Shown piece by piece: positions 1 through 14,870 of a stretch of 64,000 nt of DNA. The stretch is from assembly GCA_951406725.2 (NCBI GenBank), contig OX597830.1, forward strand, positions 69,688,001 to 69,752,000, read 5' to 3'. Made by a program: the position numbers and the translations under genes. This DNA is from Octopus vulgaris. Taxonomy: Eukaryota. Below the pieces are notes generated by a model, which worked only from the letters and a program-made list of their open reading frames with translations, was not told where the DNA came from and searched no databases. Each line of letters opens with the position of its first letter. Position 1 is the stretch's first letter.

Positions 1-846
1 ATGAATAAAGGGCTATAGAAACTGGGCCATGAGAGAGGATATACATGCTGTTGGCGATTTCTTTTCCTTCTTTGAACTTTTCCCTTTCTCCTTTCTGACA
101 AAGATTTATGCTTGAAATGTCAAACTGTCTTTTCACTGAGCGTCAAGCTAATACATTTCTTGTGCATGTCCTCTTGTTGTCTGTTAATTTTACTCGTTAT
201 TTGAATTGATTATATATTATCTAATGTCCATGTTCCATGCTGGTATGGGTTGGATGGATTCACAGGATCCAATGGGCCCAAGAACTGCATTGTGCTCCGG
301 TGTCTGTCTGGCATAGTTTCTATGGCTGGATGCTCTTCCTAATACCAACTATTTTACAGTGTGTACTAGATGTTTTTTTTTTCATGCCACCAGCTCTAGC
401 AAGGTTACCATGCAGCTTGCAAATCTCGAGTGTGGAGGGAAAACCGAATGTTAAGAGAATAGGGAGTAAAAAGGGATAAGGTAAGAGAAAAAATGGGCCA
501 GAACAAAGCAGGTTTCTGCTGAGGGGCAGCTACATGACCACTCACATTTTAGAAGTGACAGTGACATGGTGGACTTGGAAACTGGTGATGAGGTTCAGGG
601 TACACAGTGGCAGGGGTGCCAAAAGTGGCGAGAGGAGTAGGAGATATCTGGTACAAGACGGTAGAACAGAGACTATGATACAATAAACAGGGGGTTGGAA
701 AAGAGAGTTGATATACTGTTCGACAGTTTACAGAAGGGGAAGAGGTAGGCACAGAGAATGAGGAGGACAGGATGTGTGATGTCACAGTGGGGGGACAGAC
801 TATATAGAAAAATGTGTGTGCCTGTGTGAATTAAGTCAGAGTATTA

Positions 847-1008
<162 letters not shown>

Positions 1009-2484
1009 TTATTATAATGGACCTAGCGTACATGTATGTCTAGACCACTGCTTCTCCTACTGTATTACTGTCATGTGAGAATCTGAAAAGCTGCTAATCT
1101 ATCTTGCTTGATGATGCTTGTAGTTAATTAATTGAAGTTACCATAACATTTACTCTGGATATGGCAACCTTTTTCAAGAACCAAGCCACATGAGAGACAG
1201 CTCGTCAGCAGGCGGACTACAGTACTATAAAACTTCAAGATAATTTTTTTTCGTTAGGCGTGCTATTCAGAAAATCCTATGGGCCACAGATTGCCCATGA
1301 TTGATATATACCATCATGATTTCCTACTCCACACTCAAATCTCAAGCTTCCAGGTTCTTTCTTTCCTACAAATGGAGGCTCATTTTAGAATTCAAAATCC
1401 TATTACTTGTATTTGATGGCATATACGACGTTTTTTCCTCTCCAAATAAAAAAAAAAACACAGAAAATTCACCCTGGGTCCAATATGCGAAGTTAAGCCT
1501 CACATAAGCTTTAATGTACTAAAAACTTTTTTCATGAATATGCACTGCTGAAACCAGAGTGACTTAATAAGTCTGTGAATCTTTTAAGCTAACAAATACA
1601 GAAAGGTCTTCAATTAATTTCAGCTTAAATTAGTTGTAATTAGCATTTGATAATTACATTACTAGAGAGAAAGAAATTGATTGTTGTCAATAGCATTAGG
1701 TTCTTAACTTTTCCCTTGATGGCTCCATCCAAGTTACATTGGTTACAACAGCACAGACAGAATGGAGAGCAGGAGGTCAAACAAGATGTACAAAAAGGTT
1801 AGATAAATAAGTGTCTGGCCTTGACTGGCTCGAGCCATTTGTAGTAAAGGGAGGTAAACAAGAAATACAAAAATTGAGTCGTAGCAAGAAAATGTAAGGT
1901 TAATAAGGTATTCAACTACAGGTAATGTGAATAAACTTGAAGTTAGTTGAGGAACCGAAAAGGTGCAATAATTAAAATACCTTATTTCGGGGTTGTGGGA
2001 TCCAATATCATTGCAGTCATTAAGTCTACTGACATCGCATATGACACTTTAGTTCGACAACGAAAACATAACTACTGCTATCTCAATTTATAAAACCTTT
2101 ATTAATTTCAAGATGTGAATATATTCCGGTGTGCATGTTCCCGTAGATGAAGCGCATCCTCTCTTGAATCAGTTCATTTTGTCTAGCCTTGGGTCAGCTG
2201 TAACCGAGCAAACCTACGATCGAAGTCGTTCTTGTCATTGAGCACCGCCTATTATTGTTGTTATTATTATTATTTCAGACAGTATATCTAATATGTCCAC
2301 TTTAAAAGCAGTAGAGGAAATTTGTGAGCGATACGACTGCTATTTCTAGCAACTCTAGCGCTACCTATTGGAAAGGTGCACCATTGCTTCCACATTCTGA
2401 ATATATTTATTGTTCATTGGTAATATCTAGTATAAACTTGATGTTAAGACTACAAAGTCCTTAACGGCAGAATATACATATATA

Positions 2485-2755
2485 TAATAATAACAAAGGG
2501 TAAAATTAATTAATTAAGAAGTAATCAATAATTTCACCAAGTAGAATTCGGCATGAAAAAAGGACCATTTCACGGTAAACTTAAGTAATACTTAATAATT
2601 AGGGTTCAGCAAAGATTTGCTTTACCACATATACCGAAGTTTAGAAATAGCAGCCAAAACCAAGTAGAAGAAATAGCTATTGGTTTTGGCTGCTATTTCT
2701 AAACTTTGGTATATGTGGTAAAGCAAATCTTTGCTGAACCCCAATTATTAAGAAT
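2485..2755. mobile_element. Fold-back copy of the 46.4-kb element (arms about 2593-2662 and 2681-2750)
   Basis: Near-perfect ~70-bp inverted repeat, flanked by TA-rich runs, homologous to about 46424-46615. Confidence 0.7.
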
Positions 2756-2850
2756 ATATATATATATATGCCTAACTACAGATGTATATCCCATCCCAAC
2801 TTTGTTGCCTCATAACTTCCAGAAAAATGGGTACTTGATGCATGCATGAA

Positions 2851-2901
<51 letters not shown>

Positions 2902-4175
2902 GTAAAAGTGTTTATGCTAGCAAATATCTTCCAGGCTGAATGAATACGTGTTGATATTTTATACAGGAAGTGGGAGGTCACCTATTGCAATATAAAAGTT
3001 GGAATTTTTGTTTTTTAGCTGAGAATATAAAGTTGAGATACGACAATATTTCTCAAATACATCATGTTAATATGTTAATATTAGTTTATTACAACCAAAG
3101 AGGCTTTGTTTTATTATTTTTAAATTGTTATTATTACTATGCTAACGATCTGAATATCCGTGGTGGACACGTAATCGATGTTGTCGTGTAAGTAATAATC
3201 CTACCCTCTGTCAGCTTTGATGAAGCAGGTTTATGATTAAAGACCTTTCGACAGTGACAATGATATTTTAAAAAAAAGGTTTTTTTTTTAACATGATAGG
3301 TTTAATTTTGGGGGAGAATTTGGCTGATATTTCTGCGTGAAGCGGCTCGCGTTAGGCGGAGCATTGAGTCGAATGTTTTTCAATGTATGAAGAATAATAA
3401 GCAATTAAACCACCGCAATAACCGCAATCGTGGGAAATACATTCACTTACCTTTCACCCGAGCGGATTTAGTCTCGAATTTCGTCAACATAGTCGAGGGA
3501 CTGCAATCGGCGAATGGTTTGTTGACTGGTTCTTCTTCGTAAAGCTCTCGACTTCGGGATAAATTGTAAAAAATGTCAACGTGGATTGAACATGGCAGAA
3601 CTTCCTGTTCAGCAGCGAAATATATGTCGCTTGCTGATTGGTCCATATTAACCAGTCCCTGTCGACGACACCTGTTTTGACACAATCAAAGAAGTCTTGT
3701 CACTTAGTCTCAGCTGATGGCTGCAAGAAAACGTCAACCCTTTCATTACTCTATTCATTTTGAGATGCTCTGTGTTTCTTTCAATCGTTTTAAATATAAG
3801 AAAGAATTTAGTAAAACAATTTAGTTATCATTCAGCTAATGTTAGGAGCATAAATTGTGACTAAGGTTTGGTGGAAAATTTTAATTCAAAACATATGAAA
3901 ACAAGATATTTTACCACAGAGCCAGAAGTGGTTTAGTAACAAAAGGGAACGTAAACAATTACATCTTTCTGGAGCCGTTTTTTTTTTTGCTCTGTATAAC
4001 AAACACCAGGCGAAATTATATTCGTTTTACTTTTTCATGCATTGTCAGTTTAGAACCAGAAATGTAATTTCATAACTCTAGTAATTTTTCTTGGTCTCCT
4101 ATCAAATAAATAAGACTTCTCATGAGATCGTTATTACTTTGTGGCAAACCACTAAGGGTGGGTGTTACTGTAGCT

Positions 4176-4610
4176 CAGTGGTTTTCAACCAGGGTTCTGC
4201 CAGTACAGTCCAGGGGTTCCGCAAGAAGTTACAAAACTGTTCTTTTCCTGACGCTTGTACATTACTCTATGTACTATATATTTCTTTATTACCCACAAGG
4301 GGACAAACAAGGACAGACAAACGGATTAAGTCGATCACATCGACCCCAGTGCGTAACTGGTACTTAATTTATCGACCCCGAAAGGATGAAAGGCAAAGTC
4401 GACCTCGGCGGAATATACACTTTAGATGAGTTGTAGTGCACCTGAGCACTGTACACAATGTTTTATTATTATTTTAATAAAATCAGCAGTAATTTTTAAT
4501 TTTCCTGTGCAGATATGTGTGCATAGGACTTAGATTATTGCACAGGGTTCCCCGAGCCAGTGAAATGTTTCCTTGGGGTTCCGCTCCAGCAAAAAGTTTG
4601 AAAAGCACTG
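4176..4610. mobile_element. hAT-like non-autonomous element with nested SINE and CR1-tail fragments
   Basis: Termini CAGTGGTTTTCAA / TTGAAAAGCACTG. 8-bp flanks CTGTAGCT and CTGTTGCT (7/8 identical). SINE piece at about 4281-4413 and CR1 3' tail at about 4428-4473 inside. Confidence 0.65.
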
Positions 4611-6402
4611 CTGTTGCTTGTAGCCCCAGCCAGCTGGAGGAGATGTTCTCCTGGGGCTACAAGCCATATTGAGATGGCAAATATACCTCACATTGTCGTG
4701 CAGTTACTGTTTATACCTCGTTTAGAGATTTACTATCGTTATTACTTTATTAACAACATAATTTGTTTTCTGTTATCCATTCATTTATTTGAAAATAATA
4801 AAGCTGTAGTATTTAGTTGAGTTCTAACATTGATTTTATTTTGATTTAATAACACAAGGAAAAATCGATTCAATCGACCTTGATGTATTATTATCTTAAT
4901 CCCTCCTGGATGATGACGACGCAGGAAGAGTGAAAAGCCAAGTCAAACCTCAACCCGTTTTGAACTTATAAACGTAACTTCCCATACTTTTTTTAAGCAT
5001 AAGGTCAACAGATTGAGCAAAGATTTAATCAAAGACAATCTACTGTTTCACTCCGACAGAGAGTTCGTACGACAAACAGAAGAAATAAAGCTCAGTACAT
5101 GAATATATTTACTTTCTTATTTTTAAACGTCAGAATTCTTTAAAACGACTCAAGAACTTGAAAGAATTGTAATTCAATCTTTTGCTTGGAAACGGGTGAG
5201 AGTTAGCAACAAGGAGGGGCATCTGGTCGCAGAAAAATCTTCCTCGACGAATTCTATCTCAACCTCACAAGCATGGAAAAGTAAAGGTTAAAACAATGAG
5301 TATGATGATGTTCAAATTCCGCTGTGGTTGACTTTTAACATTTCAATTTTAATGAAATAAATACCTGTAATCTACATATTTAAATTCCATTGAAGGAACC
5401 ATTTCTTATAAAAAGAAAAATGCTTTACTACTTCAGTGAAAAAAATAATTGATGCAAACTAGATTCCAATTACCTCCCTTTAGTTAACAGTAAATGAGAA
5501 ATGTACATCTATAATACAGTTTTCTAATATAGGCACAAGGCCAGCAATTTTTTTGCAGTGGGGTGGAACTAGTTGATTACATAACCCCAGAATTTGACTG
5601 TCCTTATTATATCAACCTCTAAAGGATGAAAAGCAAAGCTGATTTGAATTCAGAATGAAAAGAGCTAGAAAAAATATCGCAAGTCTCTTTTTCCTACACA
5701 CTAATCATTCTGCAAATCCACCCCCATTTGAGGATTACATTGATCCTTTTTTATCACCCATTATCCCTTGGAGTGTTGTGAGGGTAGAGTCCTAAACACT
5801 TCCTCTATAGGGTCCATCATTAAACATTCTTGCTGAATTTCCATGAGTAAACAACTGAGACTACAGATACCATCTTTTTTGGTTTACCTTTGGTCTCCAT
5901 CTTATCATCTTTTCCAACAGCTTTCTAACCATATATCCATAGTACTAGAGCTGTGACCTCTCAATGCAGAGCAGTAGCAGCTCAACCTAGAGAGACTCCT
6001 TGATTTCCAAGCTACTCATGCTGTTAAGTAACATTATTCCAAAGACCCTTTGGAGAAACCCCATTTCAGTCACTTGCATGCAATGATAAAAAGAATAACA
6101 TTATCAATAATCATTTATGAATTCATTTTGCAAGATTCTTGATGTGAAATCGTGTGTTGAAACAGATGACTTTCGGAAACATTTTTTCACGCGAAGAGTT
6201 GCATCCTTCAAAACTTCCATGCTTCCTGAGATTCGCCAACACTACACCTGATTTTCTCCCCTCCATACACACACAAGCATGTATCTGACTCATACACTGT
6301 TCACTTTCCAGACATTTGTACATTACTGCATATGCTTTATATGCACTTTTTGACAAGTTGTGGTGCACCTGAGCACTATATACAATAATTTCATTATTAT
6401 TA

Positions 6403-6770
6403 TATAGTTATATTTTGGGATGGTCATTTTTTTCCTTACCAAATAAACACTATATACATGTTCTTCACTAATTTATTATTGTTCCTATTTTATCTTATGT
6501 CCATTGTCTAGAAATCTTTTGTCACACATCTGTGACCTCTTCATCGACTCTTCCATTCCATGTGTCTTTTCCTGTTCTGTTTAGTCCATTCTGTCTTTCT
6601 CTGATGGGACAGAAGGGTCACTGAAGAGGTCACTGATATGTTACAAAAAATTTCCAGACAACGGACATAAGATAAGATAGGAACAATAATATACAAGTGA
6701 AGAATGAATATATAGTGCGTGTGTTTATTTAGCAAGGAGAAAGAAAATGACCATACCAAAATATAACAAT
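6403..6770. mobile_element. Inverted-repeat element with two degenerate hammerhead-like motifs
   Basis: Arms about 6403-6558 and 6604-6770 are diverged reverse complements. Each contains a version of GTC-(A)CTGAAGA-GGTCAC...GTGAC-AAAA-GATTTC-TA-GAC. Confidence 0.55.
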
Positions 6771-7693
6771 ATTATCAATAACCTTTATCATCATATTTTG
6801 TATTTCCACTTTTTCTATGCTGGCTGAGTTTGAATGGATCTGTTTCAGCACAGCATCTCTCCACTTGTCGCAGTCCTTCATCATTATCTTTATATGGCTC
6901 AACATCTTCCGTCCTCATTTCACCACTTCTTCAGGCATCTTTTTCTGTAGGCTCTTTTCACCTTTACCGGAAACATTTTTCATGCTAAGAGTTGCTGAAG
7001 CATGGAACAGACTACCGGCATCAGTTGTTAGTTGTCAGAGCACTGCATCCTTCAAAACTTCCATGCTTCCTGAGATTCGCCAACTCTACACCTGATTTTC
7101 TCCCCTCCATACACACGCAAGCATGTATCTGACTCATACACTGTTCACTTTCCAGACATTTGTACATTACCGCATATGCTTTATACGCACTTTTTGACAA
7201 GTTGTGGTGCACCTGAGCACTGTAGACAATAATTTCATTATTATTTTTTTATACATAGTTGAGCACCTTTTCAATTACCTATGATTCTTCATATACATTA
7301 TATGTCCATCCATACAAGTGCAGTCTTCTTTCCTGCACAACGTGGCTGATACCACTGCTAACCATTCTCTCTTCTTAGTACATGTATGCTCCATCATTCA
7401 AATATGTGTTCCTTATACATTAGTGAATATATACGCCATTCATTTCCAACAAAGATATATTCATTCAAGTTAATCAGATGTGAAGATACATGCGCTTCTT
7501 GTACCTTTCTAAGCAAGGACCTACTGCAAATTACCTAGTATGAAAATCTCTACTATTCACCAATATCTTCTTAATCATGTCTCCTCTCAGTTAAAAGATG
7601 TTCCAGGTTTTCCATGTTTCAAATCTTTTGGAGTTCATGATGCTTCCCTTCAACGTGAAACAGCTTAATTCCCTATTAAAACTTCTTCTGTTT

Positions 7694-7870
7694 CATCATC
7701 ATTATCGTCACCATCATCATCATCATCATCATCATCATCGTTGTCGTCGTCGTCATCACCATCGTCGTCACCCCCACCCCCACCCCCATCAGCACCATCA
7801 CCACTACCACCACCATCATCAGCACCATCACCACCACTACCATCACCACTACCACCACCATCATCATCAT
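7694..7870. repeat. Compound (CAT)n/(CAC)n microsatellite
   Basis: Direct reading; source of the poly-His/Pro/Asp ORFs. Confidence 0.9.
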
Positions 7871-9489
7871 TTAGCATCCATTTTCCATTCTGGCATGGAT
7901 TAGAGAGTTTAACAGGATCTGCCAAACTGCAGAACTGCATCAGGCTCCAATGTCAGCTTTGGCATGGTTTCTACAGCTGGATGCCCTTCCTAACACCAAG
8001 AATACCCTTAAAAAGTTCATCCTAAATGTGCATGTAGGAGATGGATCTGAAAAGGGACTTAATAAGCATTTCTATTATTGATTCAGGGTCACAAATTTGA
8101 GAGTGCCAAACAGTCATTTAATTCATCTCCAGTACTTCTGGGACCCATAAAATAAGCACCAAGTACTTATTTTGCTGACCCCAGAAGGATGTAAGGGTCA
8201 AGGCAACTACGGCAGGATTTGAACTCAGAATGTGCAGAGACATGTCAAGAGAAACATTAAATTCTTTATTGGCTGGGACAGCTGGTCTTGATCTACTTTT
8301 ATCCTATTCTCATATAGCTGAGACAAATTTCATTGCTTACCAGATGCTAGCTTATGAAAAATTAAAATCACATTTCTGAAATTGATAAATGTTATGCCTA
8401 AGGGATTGTTTTTCTAAAAGCAAGTGATTCTCCTGCAGCTGTCTTATAAGAAATATGGCACCATTGAGCTCAAGTCCTTGTGTAGTCTGAAATACTTATC
8501 TCTGCTTCACTCTGTCTCTGAAGAAATGAAAGAGAAGATCAAAGCTGTAAAGTGAGAAAATAGAGAATGATAATATAGCATAGAAAACAGATTTCATTTC
8601 ATCTGATTTAAGACAGAGCTTTCATTGATCCCCAGATAGGAAATTTGTAGGTGTTGTACGAAGGTATGCATTTTGGAAAAGGAGTAAAAGGGTAAAGACC
8701 CCCTTCAGTCATGAATGACCATGGGGTTGCACCTAGAAAGTTCCTGTCTGTGACACAAGTCTGGGCAAGGTTGTTTATGGAAGACCAGCAGTCGCCCATG
8801 CATACCAGCCTCCCCTCTCTGTGCCGCTAATGTTATCCAAGGGAAAAGCAAACACTGATACAGCTGATACGTTGCTGAGTGAACAATAGTAACATGAAAT
8901 AAAGTGTCTTGCTCAAGAACATAACACACAACCCGGTCAACGAATTGAACTCACTACCTCATGATTAAGAGCCCAACACTCTAACCACTGAGCCATGTGC
9001 CTGTAGAGTTCATATAAACAACTGCCTAACATTTTACTGGTATTCCAGGTTGCCAGCTGGCAGAATCAATAGCACACCGCTAAGTGGCTTTTTGTCCATC
9101 TTTATGTTCTGAGTTCAAATTCCACTAAAGTTGGTTTTGCCTTTCATTTTTTTCAGGGTCAAAGAATTAAGTACCAGTTGAGCACTAGGGTCAATGTAAT
9201 ATACTTACCACTACCTTAAAATTGCTGGCCTTGTTCCAAAATGTGAAACTAATATTTTACTGGTATACATTTTATTGTAGATGTAAAGTGAGGGGGAGGG
9301 AGCAGTCATCCCTGGAAAAACGTGTATGGGTATGAAAAATGTTCTCCAGTCTATCATGCTTTAAATGACGCCGCCGTGGTGATCTCATTCTCGCTCACAA
9401 CATCATAAGCGGAAAGTGTAACCTCTCGAAAGAGCTGTTCTTCACTCCTGCTCCAGAGCGTCGGCTGTGGGGTCACTCTGAAAAGCTGT

Positions 9490-9724
9490 ATCTAAGACGA
9501 TTTCATCTCAATTGAAGGAGAAGGGCTTTCTCCGTCCGGGTTGCGGATCTGTGGAATAAGCTGCCAGACGAGATGGTGAAGATGCCGACGACCGCTCAGT
9601 TCAAAGTCTCTCTTGACCAGAAATGGCCTGAACTCTTTGTATGAACACCCTTGCTGTACATAACCCCATGTCCCCTTACATGGCCTTGCTTTTGCTTTTT
9701 GAAACAAAAAATTAAATTAATTAA
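9490..9724 (+). mobile_element. CR1-like LINE 3' end, second family
   Basis: RRRAFSVRVADLWNKLPDEMVKMPTTAQFKVSLDQKW followed by a short 3' UTR and (AATT)-type tail. Confidence 0.6.
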
Positions 9725-10084
9725 AATGTTCCTATGATTTAAAGCCCTCCCTAAAACCAGCCCCTTTAGAGAATGTAATCAGTGCATTTTGTTGTCTAGT
9801 TAGCACTAAACAGGTTGTAATGCCCTTCAAATGACAAGTGTCTTGGCATTACATTGTCTCTATTCATTTGCTAACCACTTTACAGTGTACTGGGTGTATT
9901 TTATGGAGAAGCCAACATCTGTAAGTTTGCCTTGTATACCACATGATGAAAGAGTTCTCACCACTCTATAACTTCCCCATTCAGGGCAACATGACTAACA
10001 GAGTGAACTGAAGAAAAGGAAATTTCAGAAGATGAACTAGGTTGAGGGGGAGAAAGAAGTGAAGACATGGAAATGTTACATACA

Positions 10085-12640
<2,556 letters not shown>

Positions 12641-13296
12641 ATAATAATAATAATAACAGTATGGTCATGCTCTGTTTCTCTTGATATGAGATCACCATGT
12701 CACCCACATATAGTAGTGATGCATGTGCCTGGTGTACTCTTATCGGACAGGTAGTCACGATGGGTATATTGGGCTTGACATATTTGTACCCCAGTGTCAC
12801 TTTGATGGTGTGCACTACTTTCTCACTCACTAATAATAATCTTCTCTACTATAGGAACAAGGCCCGAAATTTTGGAGAAAGGGCCTAGTTGATTAGATCA
12901 ATCCCAGTGCTTGACTGGTAGTTATTCTATCAACCCCCAAATAAAAATGATAACGATGATGATGATGGGTTTTTTTTTATTTGCCACGAAAGTATCAGAT
13001 GAGGTGGACATTAATGAGAACATTTTACAATTTGTGTGTGTATAGTGGGAGGGTTTTAGATAAACTGATGAGTAGAAGAAAGAGAAAGAAAGGCACAGGC
13101 ATGGTTGTATAGGTGTAGGTGTGGCTATGTGTTGAGAAGTTTGCTTCCCAACCACATGGTTCTGAGTTCAGTCCCACTGTGTGGACACATGAGCAAGTGT
13201 TTTCTACTAACGCCTCAGACCAACCAATGCTTTGTGAGTGGATTTAGCAGATGGAAACTGAGAGAAGCCCATCGTATATATATATATATATATATT

Positions 13297-13528
13297 TTCT
13301 TTATTGCCCACAAGGGGCTAAACATAGAGGGGACAAACACGGACAGACAAAGGGATCAAGTCGTTTACATCGACCCCGGTGCGTAACTGGTACTTAATTT
13401 ATCGACCCCGAAAGGATGAAAGGCAAAGTCGACCTCGGCGGAATTTGAACTCGGAAAGTAGCGGCAGACGAAATACCGCTAAGCATTTCGCCCGGCGCGC
13501 TAACGTTTCTGCCAGCTCGCCGCCTTAT
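13297..13528 (-). mobile_element. Full-length tRNA-derived SINE with Nin/Deu-like core, nested in the (TA)n of another SINE
   Basis: Head GGCGGCGAGCTGGCAGAAACGTTAGC, B-box-like GAGTTCAAATTCC, core GCCTTTCATCCTTTCGGGGTCGATAAATTAAGTACCAG. Many copies in the window (about 22443-22672, 36533-36960, 43584-43797, 47500-48238, 49690-49905). Confidence 0.8.
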
Positions 13529-13728
13529 GTATATATGTATATATGTATATATATATATGCATGTGTTTGTGTGTCTGTGTTTGTCCCCCTAGCATTGCTT
13601 GACAACTGATACTGGTGTGTTTATGTCTCCGCAACTTAGCAGTTCGGCAAAAGAGACCGATAGAATAAGTACTAGGCTTACAAAGAATAAATCCTGGGGT
13701 CGATTTGCTCGATATATATATATATATA

Positions 13729-13931
13729 GGGAGAGTTCACGGAAAAAACAAAAGACGAAGACAGGTGGTGTACAAAACAAACAGATGTATTAGTATAACG
13801 CTCAGAAATAGAGAAAGTCTTTTACGTTTCGAGCCTATGCCCTTCTATAGAAAGGGACACAGAAAAAAAACAATGAGAGACACATGGAGAGAAAAAAATG
13901 TGTGTAGTGGCTACTGATCTATCATGGTGAC
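13729..13931 (-). mobile_element. (TA)n-embedded short element with degenerate minimal hammerhead; related fragments at about 60-200 and 16575-16651
   Basis: Minus strand CTTT-CTATAGA-AGGGCATAGGCTC-GAAACGTA-AAAG. Shares CTGAGCGT..CTAATACAT with the window start and CTTCGTCTTTTG with 16.6 kb. Confidence 0.45.
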
Positions 13932-14039
13932 ATATATGTATGTATGTATATATATACAGGAAAAAAAAATTTATGTTCCAGCCTGCACCAGGAAATCCAT
14001 ATGTGGAATGAGCTATCTTAGTCGAAGAAACTATACTGA

Positions 14040-14870
14040 AAGTGATAGGCGAGTTTGTCTACCTGGGCAGCACACTCAGCCGTTCTTGCTCCCTGGATGA
14101 TGAAATATCTTTCAGGTTGCAGAGCAACTGATTCCTTCCATTCTCCTGAGTCTCATGTCGGTCCCAGCGTGGCATCACAAGGCAAACAAAAATTGCTGTG
14201 TACCATGCATGTGTACTGACATCACTCTTTTACTCATGTGAGACATAGACCCTTTACAAACGTCATGTAAAGGTCTTTTGAACGCTTTCATCAGAGATGT
14301 CTGAGACACATTCTCAATGTTGGCTGGACCTTAAAAACTCCAGACACACAGGTCCTGAGGAAAGCTGATATCTTGAGTATTGAGGTGATGTTGCACAGGC
14401 ACTGGTTACATTGGACTGGACACCTTATTAGAATGAAGAATAGCAGGATCCCTAAACAGAGGATATGGGGAACTTGTAAGTGGAAAGAGACCTCAGTAGA
14501 CACCAAGGCTGCAATTTAAGGGCTGGGTCAAGTCCTCATTAAAGGCCTGTGATATACAGGAGACCGACTGGAAGAGCAATGCCTGTCATCATCACAGATG
14601 GAGGAAGCAGGTTAAGGAGGTGGTCAACAACTTTGAAAGAGCTTGTATTCTGCATGAAGAATTTAAGCATGCTGCTCAAAAGTGTGCTGCTAGCGTAGTG
14701 AATGGGGAAAGCTTGGTTTGCAATGCTTGCAGTTGTGTTTGCTTGTCAAGAGCAGGGCTCATTATCCACCAACAGAGCGACAAATGCAAAATATAAGTTA
14801 GTCCTGGGGTGCACAATGTTCCTAAAGGTCAGCAATGATCTTCTTTGGTAACGAGTGGACGGCCATCATA
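14040..14870 (+). mobile_element. RTE-clade LINE 3' fragment (decayed ORF2 C-terminus)
   Basis: Frames read EFVYLGSTLS, TKIAVYHACVLTSLFYSCET*, FHQRCLRHILNVGW, HWTGHLIRMKNSRIPKQ and a C-terminal CNACSCVCLSRAGLIIHQQS zinc-finger-like motif, with stops and frameshifts. Confidence 0.8.

Noticed and set aside
7598-8025. Poly-His, poly-Pro and Asp/Gly-rich ORFs
   Set aside because: Trinucleotide microsatellite at the tail of a retroposon.
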